From NCBI GenBank assembly GCA_018399745.1, contig JAGYNZ010000001.1:37948-101947 (forward strand): a DNA stretch of 64,000 bases, in the 5' to 3' direction. Numbering within the stretch: position 1 is the stretch's first letter; each line of letters opens with the position of its first letter. Source of the stretch: Deltaproteobacteria bacterium. Its GTDB lineage: Bacteria > Desulfobacterota > Dissulfuribacteria > Dissulfuribacterales > UBA3076. Below the pieces are notes generated by a model that saw only the letters and a list, made by a program, of their open reading frames with translations, was not told the DNA's origin and did not search any database. The translations under genes were made by a program, and so were the position numbers. Positions 20,969 through 31,329 of the stretch are shown here, one piece after another.

Positions 20969-21368
20969 ATTAGTCCTGTTACACAATAGCTACGTTGAAT
21001 AAGGATTGCGACAACTAAAACTGATATTATAGTAATATATTTATAAAAGACACTTGCAAAATACTAGATCTTGTTCTAAGGGTCTGTCAAAAAAATAGAG
21101 GGCCTTGATTGTCGTTTAGGCCATCCAAACTTAGATATTTGGATAAAAGGTGGGGAATGACTTTAAAATTCTTCATGATTTGGGATTCTTTGTTTGATTA
21201 TCCTGCAGTTTAACATAGTATTGGCCGAAACGATGATAAAGGCCTAAATTGTACAGGATTTTTGACTTCCTGTTATACTGAAAAGCAAGGAGCTCGATTT
21301 TAAAAATTTGAGTGCAATACACTACCCACTTATTCATATTATGCTAACTTTTAACTGGAGAATATAGA

Positions 21369-21632
21369 ATGGCCAGAATAACAATAGAAGATTGCCTGAA
21401 AAATTTGCCTAACCGTTTCGCATTAGTACACCTTGCGATTGAGAGGGTGAAACAATTGCGCAAGGGCGCCCAGCCCCTGGTAAAATGTAAAAACAGGGAA
21501 GTAGTCTTGGCATTGAGAGAAATTGCCCAAGATAAAGTAAAATTTGAAAACCTGGAAGAATTGGCCCGAGAGGCAGAAGAAGAACGAATTTTTCAAGCAT
21601 TACAGACAGATATTAATCAAGCAGAAGGTTAA
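21369..21632 (+). CDS. rpoZ: RNA polymerase omega subunit
   Basis: [10 protein letters not shown]...NRFALVHLA...ALREIA; GGAG RBS. Confidence 0.95.
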   Translation: MARITIEDCLKNLPNRFALVHLAIERVKQLRKGAQPLVKCKNREVVLALREIAQDKVKFENLEELAREAEEERIFQALQTDINQAEG

Positions 21633-21657
21633 AAAGTACCGCTTTTAGGCATTATCA

Positions 21658-22797
21658 ATGAAAAAAGACTACTACGAGATTTTGGAGGTCTCACGAGATT
21701 GCTCATCAGAAGAACTGAAAAGAGCTTATCGGAAGCTGGCCTTAAAATATCATCCTGATAAAAACCAGGGTGATAAAGACGCGGAGGAACACTTTAAAGA
21801 GGCGGCAGAAGCCTATGAAGTGCTCAGAGATCCTCAGAAAAGGCAGACCTATGACCTTTATGGTTACGAAGGAATAGCCGGGACAGGCTTCAGAGGTTTT
21901 TCCGGACCGCAAGACATATTCAGTAATTTTAGTGACCTGTTTGAAGACCTGTTCGGTTTTTCTGCCATGCACCAAAAATCTGGCACATCCATGGGGCCAG
22001 AGGCGGGAGCAGATCTAAGATATGACCTTGAAGTGTCATTTGAAGATGCTGCCAGAGGTACTGAGACTGAAATAGAGATAATTCGTCTTGAGTCTTGTTC
22101 CGTATGCAAGGGAACAGGTATGGCCTCCGGAAGCCGCCCTGCTACCTGTCCTACCTGCCGGGGAAGAGGTCAAATAATAAGGTCGGAAGGATTTTTCAGG
22201 ATTTCATCCATTTGTCCACATTGTTCGGGAAGCGGAACAATCATCACAGACCCCTGCCAGGCATGTCAAGGTAAGGGGAGACTTCGAGAACGACACAAGG
22301 TGAAAGTACATATTCCGGCAGGGGTAGATACAGGCTCAAGGTTAAGACTAAAAAGAGAGGGTGAGGCTGGTCTCAGGCACGGCCCCAGGGGGGATCTCTA
22401 TATAGTAATCCATGTAAAACCCCATGACCTTTTTGAACGTCATGGTAATGACATATACTTACGCCTTCCTGTTTCTATTGTACAGGCGGCCATGGGGGAC
22501 GAAGTTGAAATATCAACTCTGGATGGACCCCGTAATCTAAAAATTCCGGCAGAAACCCAGACTGGAGATCACTTTAGGCTGAAAGGACTTGGCATTCCAG
22601 ATCTAAGAGGATTTGGATCCGGAGATCAGATAATTGAAGTTGCTGTTGTAACACCAACAAAATTGACAGAACGCCAACGCACGCTGCTTCAGGAATTTGC
22701 TGATATCGAAAAAGAAAAAAAAGAAGGGGGTTTCTTTCGTAAACTTTTTAAACGATCCGAGGCACATGGGCACTCCAGTCATGAGAGGACATCTTGA
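21658..22797 (+). CDS. dnaJ: Chaperone DnaJ
   Basis: J domain with HPD, G/F region, four CxxCxGxG repeats. Confidence 0.96.
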   Translation: MKKDYYEILEVSRDCSSEELKRAYRKLALKYHPDKNQGDKDAEEHFKEAAEAYEVLRDPQKRQTYDLYGYEGIAGTGFRGFSGPQDIFSNFSDLFEDLFGFSAMHQKSGTSMGPEAGADLRYDLEVSFEDAARGTETEIEIIRLESCSVCKGTGMASGSRPATCPTCRGRGQIIRSEGFFRISSICPHCSGSGTIITDPCQACQGKGRLRERHKVKVHIPAGVDTGSRLRLKREGEAGLRHGPRGDLYIVIHVKPHDLFERHGNDIYLRLPVSIVQAAMGDEVEISTLDGPRNLKIPAETQTGDHFRLKGLGIPDLRGFGSGDQIIEVAVVTPTKLTERQRTLLQEFADIEKEKKEGGFFRKLFKRSEAHGHSSHERTS

Positions 22798-23279
22798 GCA
22801 TAAACTCCTTTTCTCATCTCAATAAGAAGGGGCAAGCCCAAATGGTGGACATAAGCTCAAAAGCTACGACTCAAAGGGAAGCAGTTGCTTCAGGGCAGGT
22901 AATAATAGGACCTGATGCCTTTAATCTTCTTGTTGACAGTAAAATCTTAAAAGGCGATGTTCTAGCTGTTGCCCGGATAGCAGGTATCATGGCCGCTAAA
23001 AAAGTGGGAAGCATGATCCCCCTTTGTCATCCTTTAACATTACAAAACATAGAGATTGACTTTACTCCAAACACAGAGAAAAATGCCATAGAAATTTTGG
23101 CACGAGCAAAAGCAAAAGGCTCTACTGGCGCAGAAATGGAAGTACTAACGGCAGTTTCAATTGCTGCCTTAACCATTTATGATATGTGCAAGTCAATAGA
23201 AAAAAATATAACTATTGAAAAAATACAATTAAATTACAAAACCGGCGGAAAGAGCGGAACCTGGAAAAGAAAAATCTGA
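22794..23279 (+). CDS. moaC: Cyclic pyranopterin monophosphate synthase
   Basis: QMVDIS, KGDVL, IPLCHPL, EMEVLTA and YDMCK motifs; TTG start overlaps the dnaJ stop. Confidence 0.94.
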   Translation: MSINSFSHLNKKGQAQMVDISSKATTQREAVASGQVIIGPDAFNLLVDSKILKGDVLAVARIAGIMAAKKVGSMIPLCHPLTLQNIEIDFTPNTEKNAIEILARAKAKGSTGAEMEVLTAVSIAALTIYDMCKSIEKNITIEKIQLNYKTGGKSGTWKRKI

Positions 23280-23292
23280 GGAGAATATCAGA

Positions 23293-23655
23293 ATGAAACA
23301 GGAACAACTGGAGTATTTTCGAGGCCTACTCCAGAAAAAACTCGATGATCTTTTAGGTGAAGCGGACAAGACACTGGAAGAGATGACTGACATGGACAAT
23401 CACTTTCCCGACCCGACAGATCGGGCGTCCGCAGAGTCTGATCGCAGTTTTGAGCTGCGTATTCGAGATAGGGAAAGAAAGCTAATAAAAAAGATCGATA
23501 AGGCCTTAGAAAGGATCGAAAATGGGACTTACGGCATCTGTGAAGATTGTGGTGAAGAAATAGGGATTAAACGGCTCACGGCCAGACCTGTCACGACCCG
23601 TTGCATTGAGTGCAAGTCCAAGCAAGAAAAAGAGGAAAAGGCCAAAGGCATATAA
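23293..23655 (+). CDS. dksA: RNA polymerase-binding protein DksA
   Basis: Coiled-coil tip DPTDRA; four-Cys Zn finger CEDC...CIEC. Confidence 0.93.
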   Translation: MKQEQLEYFRGLLQKKLDDLLGEADKTLEEMTDMDNHFPDPTDRASAESDRSFELRIRDRERKLIKKIDKALERIENGTYGICEDCGEEIGIKRLTARPVTTRCIECKSKQEKEEKAKGI

Positions 23656-25823
23656 TGCTGCAGTTAAACATTGCTTTTCTTTGGCATATGCATCAACCTC
23701 TTTATCTTGACCCGATATGGGATCGTTTTGCGATGCCATGGGTCAGACTCCATTCTGTAAAGGCATACTCTGACATGATAGCATGTCTGGACTCCAGACC
23801 TGAGGCAAAAGTAACTTTCAACCTTGTTCCATCACTTATTTTCCAAATTCTTTCTTATACACAAGGCAAAATCGACGGCTTTTTGGAATTGAGTCGTCGC
23901 CCTGCCGTCGAGCTTTCGCCTCCAGAGCAGGAGTTCATCCTGACACATTTTTTCAGCTGCCGATGGCCCACTATGGTAGAGCCCTATAAGAGATATCTGC
24001 ATCTGCTGGAGTTGCGAGGAAGGGACTTTAGGCCATCAAATTTCTCCCAAGTGAGAAAGAAATTCTCAACACAAGACTATTTAGACCTTCAGGTATGGTT
24101 TAATCTCACCTGGGTCGGTTTTTCCTCGAGAAGTCACCCCTTGATAAGTTCTCTTTTTAAAAAAGGGCGCCAGTTCAGCGAAGAAGAAAAGATGGATCTC
24201 CTAGAATTTCATCTTGAACTCATGAAAGGCCTCGTCTCCCGTTATAGTTCGAAATGGATCGAAGGACAGATAGAGATCAGCGCTAGCCCATTCTATCATC
24301 CTATTTTACCCCTGCTAATCGATACGGATCTGGGGAAAAGACCCAGACCGGAGGCCAAGCTCCCTCTGCGCTTTACTTGCCCAGAAGACGCCAGAACACA
24401 ACTGGAAAGAGGCAAACATTACTGTAAGGAAGTCTTAGGGAAAAATCCTTTAGGACTCTGGCCATCGGAAGGCTCCGTTTCCCCTGAGCTTATCCCTATC
24501 ATTGAAGAGGTCGGATTCTCCTGGGCAGCAACAGATGAAGCCATCCTTTACAATTCACTTGAGAAAGTCGAATCCCAAAGTCTATTCCAGCCTTATAAAG
24601 TGGAAATAAACGGCTGTCGCACGGACATGGTCTTTCGACACCGTAAGCTGTCAGATCTAATAGGTTTCGTTTATCAGAAAAATCATCCTCAGGCTGCAAT
24701 TACTGATTTTGTCTCCAGACTAAAAGAAATCTGTAATGGACTTCAGAGAATGGATCGTCCCCCTTTCGTTGCTATAATCTTGGATGGGGAAAATCCATGG
24801 GAGTATTACCAAGACGGTGGCGAATCCTTCCTGACGGGCCTATACGATGCAATTATCAAAGAACCAACGCTTAAACTTGTGACCATTGGACAATATCTCG
24901 AAAACCATCCGCCGACATTCACCCTGCCGAGGCTATATACAGGTTCTTGGATAAATCATGATTTCGGCATCTGGATCGGTGGACAGGACGAGAACAAGGC
25001 GTGGGAGGCCCTTGGTCGTGCCAGAAAGGCCATCGACAATGCTAAAAAACAGGGAAACATTTCTGAAGACGTCGTGAACATGGCCATGGAATCCATTTTT
25101 GTTGCTGAAGGAAGTGACTGGTTCTGGTGGTATGGAGACAAATTTAAGACGGATTATGCGTATGAATTTGACCGCCTCTTTCGAACTCATCTCAAAAAAG
25201 TCTATAATAGCCTTAATATGACAGTTCCTGATGAATTGCTGAATCCGATCAGGGCTCCAAGACAGGCAGCATCTACCAATGAACCAACGTGTTTTATACA
25301 CCCTCAAATTGATGGACGATTGAGCTATTTTGGTGAGTGGAGAGGTGCAGGATCAATTACCTTGGGGAACGACGGGGGAGCCATGCATTTTGGAGCGAGT
25401 TCACTGGCTGAGATTACCTATGGCTTTGATCTTGAGTCTTTTTACATTAGGATAGATACCAGAGAGGGGGGCTTTGATGCCTGGGATCCTGATTCCGTCC
25501 TCAAGATAACCATCTCATCTGAGGTTGTAATAATTATCGACTTGATCATCAGAGGATTTATGGGCTCTCTTGACGAAAAAATCAGGCTTTTGAAAAACGG
25601 AAAGCCCTTTATTTTTCACGAAACAGGAGCAAGGTGCGCTGTAAATAAACTGGTAGAAATGGCAATACCTTTCGCACTGCTGGACTCCAGCCCCAAAGAT
25701 GAATTAACCTTCTATGTTGAAATAATACAAAATAAATTAGTTAGAGATAGGTTCCCTCGGGAAGGCTATATAATGGTTAAAGTGCCGGATAAGGACTTTG
25801 AACGCAGGCTTTGGCTGGTTTGA
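23655..25823 (+). CDS. Glycoside hydrolase family 57 (amylopullulanase-like)
   Basis: WHMHQP, GLWPSEGSVS, ILDGENPWE and AEGSDWFWW motifs. Start placed at the ATG overlapping the dksA TAA (TAATG). Confidence 0.9.
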   Translation: MLQLNIAFLWHMHQPLYLDPIWDRFAMPWVRLHSVKAYSDMIACLDSRPEAKVTFNLVPSLIFQILSYTQGKIDGFLELSRRPAVELSPPEQEFILTHFFSCRWPTMVEPYKRYLHLLELRGRDFRPSNFSQVRKKFSTQDYLDLQVWFNLTWVGFSSRSHPLISSLFKKGRQFSEEEKMDLLEFHLELMKGLVSRYSSKWIEGQIEISASPFYHPILPLLIDTDLGKRPRPEAKLPLRFTCPEDARTQLERGKHYCKEVLGKNPLGLWPSEGSVSPELIPIIEEVGFSWAATDEAILYNSLEKVESQSLFQPYKVEINGCRTDMVFRHRKLSDLIGFVYQKNHPQAAITDFVSRLKEICNGLQRMDRPPFVAIILDGENPWEYYQDGGESFLTGLYDAIIKEPTLKLVTIGQYLENHPPTFTLPRLYTGSWINHDFGIWIGGQDENKAWEALGRARKAIDNAKKQGNISEDVVNMAMESIFVAEGSDWFWWYGDKFKTDYAYEFDRLFRTHLKKVYNSLNMTVPDELLNPIRAPRQAASTNEPTCFIHPQIDGRLSYFGEWRGAGSITLGNDGGAMHFGASSLAEITYGFDLESFYIRIDTREGGFDAWDPDSVLKITISSEVVIIIDLIIRGFMGSLDEKIRLLKNGKPFIFHETGARCAVNKLVEMAIPFALLDSSPKDELTFYVEIIQNKLVRDRFPREGYIMVKVPDKDFERRLWLV

Positions 25824-25833
25824 GGAATTAGTA

Positions 25834-26835
25834 ATGCCTGAACTACGCAGGGATACAATTATAGGCCGGTGGGTTATTATCGCCAAAGAAAGGGGACAAC
25901 GCCCATACGATTTCGTCATTGAAAAAGACAAGACCAAAGGAGGGTTCTGTCCTTTATGCCCTGGGAATGAACATACTACCCCGCCTGAAGTTCTGGCCTA
26001 TGGACGGCCACACTATTCACCAAATGGACCAGGTTGGACCCTGAGGGTAGTCCCGAACAAGTTTCCCGCACTAGTTATAGAAGGAGATCTTAATAAACGG
26101 GGTGAAGGTATCTATGATAAAATGAATGGCATCGGTGCACATGAAGTTATAATAGATACTCCTAGACATGACGAAACCATCCCCACCATGTCTCATGAAC
26201 AGCTTATTCAGACCTTTTGGGCCTATAGGGACCGAATACTTGATTTGGCGCAGGACTCCCGTTTTCGCTATATAATAATTTTCAAAAATTTCGGCCGGGC
26301 CGCAGGTGCCTCTTTAGAACACTCTCATTCTCAGCTTATTGCTCTTCCTATTGTACCTCACCGTATACAAGAAGAGATCCAAAGCAGTTTACATTATTAT
26401 GAATTTAAGGAACGCTGTATCTTTTGCGATATCATACGTCAGGAGAAATCTCAAGACATAAGAATAGTATGTGAAAACAAGAATTTTATCACAATTTGTC
26501 CCTTTGCTCCCCGCTCACCTTTTGAGATGTGGTTGATGCCTAAGGAGCATCAGTCTTCTTATGTTTCCATGGACGATAATCAATTTCATTTATTGACTGA
26601 CCTATTTCTGGAGACAATGCAACGACTCAACAAAGCCCTGCCGGAAGTCCCTTATAATTATATGTTGCACACGGCTCCATTACTCAGCCCTTTCTTGCAA
26701 CACTATCACTGGCATATAGAAATAATGCCCAAAGTGACAACTATAGCGGGATTTGAGTGGAGTACCGGATTTTATATCAATCCCACCCCGCCCGAAGAGT
26801 CCGCTCAGTTTCTTAAAGAAATCACTTTAGAATAA
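25834..26835 (+). CDS. galT: Galactose-1-phosphate uridylyltransferase family (GalT/HIT-like)
   Basis: MPELRRD, CPLCPGNE, NKFPAL, HEVII and GASLEHSHSQ motifs; GAGG RBS before ATG 25834. Confidence 0.9.
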   Translation: MPELRRDTIIGRWVIIAKERGQRPYDFVIEKDKTKGGFCPLCPGNEHTTPPEVLAYGRPHYSPNGPGWTLRVVPNKFPALVIEGDLNKRGEGIYDKMNGIGAHEVIIDTPRHDETIPTMSHEQLIQTFWAYRDRILDLAQDSRFRYIIIFKNFGRAAGASLEHSHSQLIALPIVPHRIQEEIQSSLHYYEFKERCIFCDIIRQEKSQDIRIVCENKNFITICPFAPRSPFEMWLMPKEHQSSYVSMDDNQFHLLTDLFLETMQRLNKALPEVPYNYMLHTAPLLSPFLQHYHWHIEIMPKVTTIAGFEWSTGFYINPTPPEESAQFLKEITLE

Positions 26836-26913
26836 TGGAGTACTAATAACTGTATTAAATTGCTCGATGATCAACATCCAATATCAATAATAAGCAATCA
26901 AAAAAGGTGATCC

Positions 26914-27273
26914 ATGAATAAAGAAAAAATACTCATAGTTGATGATGAAGAGAGTATTCATCTCCTTTACAAGGAAGAGTTGGAAGAAGAAGGCTATGAA
27001 GTCTACTCGGCGATGAGTGGAGAAGACGCCCTTAAAGTATTTGATGCTCAGGAACCGGATCTCGTCATCTTAGATATCAATATGCCCGGTATGGACGGCA
27101 TAGAGGTACTCCGTCAAATGAAACAGAAAAAACCCCGGGTGCCTGTTATCTTGAGTTCTGCTTATCCTGAATATAAACAGGATCTGGCATCGTGGGCCTC
27201 GGATGACTATATAGTCAAATCTTTTAACTTAGACGATCTCAAATCCTCTGTTCGTAGAAATTTAACCAAATGA
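26914..27273 (+). CDS. Stand-alone response regulator (receiver domain only)
   Basis: ILIVDDE, ILDINMPGMDG, SSA and YIVK motifs. Confidence 0.92.
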   Translation: MNKEKILIVDDEESIHLLYKEELEEEGYEVYSAMSGEDALKVFDAQEPDLVILDINMPGMDGIEVLRQMKQKKPRVPVILSSAYPEYKQDLASWASDDYIVKSFNLDDLKSSVRRNLTK

Positions 27274-28761
27274 AGCGGAAAAACGAGAATTTGGCCCAGA
27301 AGCTAAGGAAACTGATTTTCTTAATGGTTCTTGCATCTTTGATGTTGTCACCTTAAATATCACTGTCTGAGAACCCGAATTGCCTGAAACGTATATATTG
27401 ACTCCATATTTCTTTTTTAAAAGCGGTAAAATATGAAGGCTGGGATCTTTATCTAAAGGGGTATTCAGAGCCTTTCCGTTGTGGCTGATACGGAGGACCA
27501 AGTCTTCATCCTCTTTAAAAGTTTGAATCGACATCCACATATTGTCAAGAGTTGCCATCTGCTTCATCAGAACTAGACACAGAGCTAAAAATGCATTGGC
27601 CCACTCTGAATAATTTCCATACAGTAGAGGGAGGTCAGGAAATAAAGATACCTGCTTGTTTATCTTTCTGAAAAAGAAATGGAGATCTAAAATTCTTAGC
27701 TCATCTTCTATCATACTGTTCAAGGAAAACGGCACCACTGCTCCTATTGTCTCATTTTTTCTTCTAAGAGCAATGGCCCAACAAAATTCGGTTATTTGAC
27801 CTGTTATGATCTGAATTGATTTGATATCAGCGACCCAATCCTTTATCTGTGTTTCATCTATGGGAATTTCACATCTGGATATTTTTTGAGCCATAAGATC
27901 TAAACGCCCAATTATGGCAGATAAAGGATTTGCAATATCCTCAAGGAGATCATCGAACAGTTGGCCAAAAATCAAATGCCTGTACTGTTGCCACAGGGTC
28001 TCTTCCCTAGCTTTCTCCCTATCCTGTAATAGATGTAGTGCAGTGACATCACGATTGCGCAAAAGCAGACCTATTGTATCCCCACCAGGGCCAATTAAAG
28101 GCAAAATCCAGATATTATAATATTTATTATGACAATTCGGATCACTTAACCACGGCAAGTTGCAAGGGAAAGAGCTTATTCTAACGTCTTCTTTATCAAT
28201 CATTGCCTTATCGAACAGTTCTTTAAAAGAAGCCTCTCCTTTCGAACCCTTATATAGTGAGCAAATCTCTGCAAAATTTTTTCCACGGAGTTCTTTAGGA
28301 TCTCTTGGCAGGCAAAATGGCTGATTAATGTTGGAAAAAACAATATTAAGCTTGGAATCAAAGATCAGAATTCCATCATCCAGACTATCTAAAAGATATT
28401 GAAAATAAATTAAATGACTGAGTTCAGTCTCAAGACCTTTAACCAGATCAGAAATAGAAAAAGGCCAATTAGTTGCATCTTCAAAGGCTATTCCACTTCT
28501 AAATTTGCCTTTATCTTTTTTAACCCACTTAATTTGCCCTTTCACAATATAATCGTTACCAGGGCCTTTTTCACCAGGCCCGAGAGTCACGGTCTCATGA
28601 TGACGCACAGGGATGTCAGACTTAATCTGTATGCCGTACGGACTCAAATCAGTTGAAACTGCACTGATAGCAGTTCCAAGGGCTTCTGTTTCTAAGCACA
28701 GAGAAACATTTAGCGGTATTCGTAAAAATCGACGCCGCTCTTTGTGGACTCCTTGTTGCAC
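27262..28761 (-). CDS. PilZ-PAS-degenerate histidine kinase-like protein
   Basis: PilZ motifs RRRFLR and DLSPYG; PAS start LLDSLDDGILIFD; HisKA-like GQLFDDLLEDIANPL with no His; eroded HATPase. GTG start with AAGGAG RBS. Confidence 0.8.
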   Translation of the reverse strand: MQQGVHKERRRFLRIPLNVSLCLETEALGTAISAVSTDLSPYGIQIKSDIPVRHHETVTLGPGEKGPGNDYIVKGQIKWVKKDKGKFRSGIAFEDATNWPFSISDLVKGLETELSHLIYFQYLLDSLDDGILIFDSKLNIVFSNINQPFCLPRDPKELRGKNFAEICSLYKGSKGEASFKELFDKAMIDKEDVRISSFPCNLPWLSDPNCHNKYYNIWILPLIGPGGDTIGLLLRNRDVTALHLLQDREKAREETLWQQYRHLIFGQLFDDLLEDIANPLSAIIGRLDLMAQKISRCEIPIDETQIKDWVADIKSIQIITGQITEFCWAIALRRKNETIGAVVPFSLNSMIEDELRILDLHFFFRKINKQVSLFPDLPLLYGNYSEWANAFLALCLVLMKQMATLDNMWMSIQTFKEDEDLVLRISHNGKALNTPLDKDPSLHILPLLKKKYGVNIYVSGNSGSQTVIFKVTTSKMQEPLRKSVSLASGPNSRFSASFG

Positions 28762-28818
28762 AGAGTCTCCTTATGGAAAAATTGTTATATTTAGAAAAAA
28801 CTTAACGAGTAATTTAAC

Positions 28819-28834
28819 TGCAAATAAGGTACCA
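28819..28834 (-). promoter_or_regulatory. Sigma54 (-24/-12) promoter upstream of the PilZ gene
   Basis: Minus strand TGGTAC-CTTAT-TTGCA, exact GG-N10-GC spacing, 58 nt before the start codon. Confidence 0.7.
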
Positions 28835-28893
28835 AAATAAAAAAAATTTATATTCAACATTCGGGAGTACAAACTAATATTTAAGCATCTTTA

Positions 28894-28945
28894 ATGATAA
28901 TGAGAAAAGCTTTTCCATTTATAGAAAAGCTTTTCTCATTATCAT
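28894..28945. repeat. Perfect 22-bp inverted repeat containing two GAAAAGCTTTTC palindromes; candidate enhancer (UAS)
   Basis: ATGATAATGAGAAAAGCTTTTC-catttata-GAAAAGCTTTTCTCATTATCAT; no U-tract on either side. Confidence 0.9.
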
Positions 28946-28970
28946 CGTTACTATTGCCAAATATCAAAAA

Positions 28971-30056
28971 TCATGAGAATGGTTCCAGTTCTTTGGGCAA
29001 CGTTAGCTCCAAGCTATCGTCAGATGAATCTCTGGCCGACACTTCTACCCCAAAATCCTTTATCTTATAAAGAAGTGCCTTGTAACTTATTTGGAGTAAT
29101 TGAGCAGCCTGTTTGCGATTACCATTAGTCCGCCTTATGGCCTCTTCTATTACGGCCTTCTCTATACGAGCCAGACTTTTTTTTCGGATTTCCTTTAAAG
29201 ACGGGAACTTTATTTGCATTTCATGTCTACAGTTATCTAGTACGGAATTTATCAGAGATTCATCCGGCATCCATACTTCAGCAACAGATCGATCTTCCGA
29301 CATTTTTTGGCCCTTGGACCTAAGGATCTCTTCTTCGAGCAAATCAGCGTCCTCCAGGACTATCAACCTCCTCACATAGTTTTCAAGCTCCCTTATATTC
29401 CCAGGCCAATGATATTCCGCAAATACCTTTTCAAGCTTACTGGGTATATCAATTACTCCACACTTGGACATGCCTTTGTACTTTCGAATAAAGTGTTCAA
29501 TAAGATATGAAATATCTTCCTTTCTGTCCCGAAGCGGGGGAACCACTATCTTTATAATATTGATTCGGTAATAGAAATCTTCTCGAAACCTACCTGTACT
29601 TACATCTTCCTCAAGATTGTGATTAGTAACGGATATCACCCAGGTATTGACATGAATATTCCTCACCCCGCCTACACGAGCAAATTCTGAATCCTGTAAT
29701 ACCTGTAAAAGTTTGGCCTGCAGTGCGACGGGCATATCGCCAATTTCGTCTAGTAGTATGGTCCCCTTGTTAGCCAATTCAAACTTTCCGGGCTTTGGCT
29801 GTACCGCCCCGGTAAATGCACCACGCTCATAACCGAATAGCTCGCTCTCAAGAAGCTCGCTTGGCAGTGCAGCACAATTAACCTTGACGAGAGGATGCTC
29901 CCGACGATAAGAAAGCTGGTGCAGTGTACGGGCAACCAGTTCTTTGCCTACACCGCTTTCTCCGCAAATAAGGACATTTAAATCGGTGTCCACTACCTGG
30001 TTTATCAGATCCTTGATGCGCCTTATCGGTGGGCTATTGCCAATCATTAAGTTCAT
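28971..30056 (-). CDS. Sigma54-dependent activator (bEBP) lacking an N-terminal regulatory domain
   Basis: GESGVGKE, GAFTGA, ILLDEIGD, WPGNIREL and a Fis-type HTH; only about 4 aa precede IGNSP, with in-frame TAA TAA just upstream. Confidence 0.9.
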   Translation of the reverse strand: MNLMIGNSPPIRRIKDLINQVVDTDLNVLICGESGVGKELVARTLHQLSYRREHPLVKVNCAALPSELLESELFGYERGAFTGAVQPKPGKFELANKGTILLDEIGDMPVALQAKLLQVLQDSEFARVGGVRNIHVNTWVISVTNHNLEEDVSTGRFREDFYYRINIIKIVVPPLRDRKEDISYLIEHFIRKYKGMSKCGVIDIPSKLEKVFAEYHWPGNIRELENYVRRLIVLEDADLLEEEILRSKGQKMSEDRSVAEVWMPDESLINSVLDNCRHEMQIKFPSLKEIRKKSLARIEKAVIEEAIRRTNGNRKQAAQLLQISYKALLYKIKDFGVEVSARDSSDDSLELTLPKELEPFS

Positions 30057-30354
30057 TTATTATTTGACTCGAGGGAAAATACCCTTGACTGAAAAATATT
30101 AACTGTAAAATCACTTTAACCTTAGCAAGAAGGCTAATCAAAATCAACAAGGCCGCTATTTTTATATTGTATTCAAATTAAAGAATATCTTGTTTCGTTC
30201 TCTTTAAATGATTATAAATAACCTTGATTAGAGGAGTTGAGGAACTATAGTTAAAGGAATAAGTATTATTTTCTTCAATTCGCAATTCATAAAACAATTA
30301 CTTCAGGAAAATTTTGTATATCAATAATACATCAATAAAATCTCGGGAAAAGAA

Positions 30355-31317
30355 TTGTCTGAATTTTTAGAATCATCTGACAACCAAATAAATTTGATCC
30401 CCAAAAAACTGTCACAAAAGCCACAAGAGCTCCTAATTGTTGACGACGATCCTGCTATAAGAAGTTTGCTGACAGAATTTCTTTCCCGTTTGGGGCACCG
30501 ATGTCGTTCAGCGGTTGACGGTCTGGAGGCCATGTCATTGTTAAAACAGTCCCCCAGCACGATCGTAATCACTGACTTCCAGATGCCCAGAATGGATGGA
30601 ATGGAGCTTATTCTAAAAATCAAAAAACTCTGGCCTGAAACCGACGTAATAGCAATAACAGGATATGTTCGAGACTTTAATTACACCGACGTTATTAAAG
30701 CCGGGGCATCTGACTTCATTCAAAAACCCTTTCACCTTGACGAGTTAGAGGCCAAACTCAACAGAATAACTATAGAACGTGGATATAGGACCCTGCTGCA
30801 AAGACTTTCTACAAGAGATGTCCTCACAGATCTATACAACAGACGCTTTCTCGACCAAAAACTTGAAGAGGAGGCCCAAAGAGCCACCCGGCAAAATTAT
30901 TTTCTGTATCTAATTATATTAGACCTGGATAATTTCAAAGAACTAAATGACACCTTGGGGCATCAGGCAGGAGACAAAATACTCCAGCGCTTAGCTGAGA
31001 TTTTGAGTAATTCCATCAGGAGTAATGTTGATATTCCATTTCGCTATGGAGGAGATGAATTTGCTGTAATGATTCCCCAGGCCGACACGGAGCAGGTAAA
31101 CCAGATAGCAGAACGTATACAAAGCAATTACATGAATGAAGATATTGGCAAAACTTCACTTAGCATTGGTATCTCCCGTTTTAGGAGAACAAACAAGAGT
31201 TTGCGAGAAGATATCAACAATTTTATACGTGAAGCCGATAACTCAATGTATGCTGCAAAAAAAACAGGGGGTAATAAAATAATATTTAACGAAGAAATTA
31301 AAACGGTGGGTTCTTGA
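30355..31317 (+). CDS. Response regulator-diguanylate cyclase (REC-GGDEF)
   Basis: LIVDDD, ITDFQMP, DLDNFKELNDTLGHQAGD and RYGGDEF motifs. Confidence 0.93.
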   Translation: MSEFLESSDNQINLIPKKLSQKPQELLIVDDDPAIRSLLTEFLSRLGHRCRSAVDGLEAMSLLKQSPSTIVITDFQMPRMDGMELILKIKKLWPETDVIAITGYVRDFNYTDVIKAGASDFIQKPFHLDELEAKLNRITIERGYRTLLQRLSTRDVLTDLYNRRFLDQKLEEEAQRATRQNYFLYLIILDLDNFKELNDTLGHQAGDKILQRLAEILSNSIRSNVDIPFRYGGDEFAVMIPQADTEQVNQIAERIQSNYMNEDIGKTSLSIGISRFRRTNKSLREDINNFIREADNSMYAAKKTGGNKIIFNEEIKTVGS

Positions 31318-31329
31318 TCACAGGGCCTG

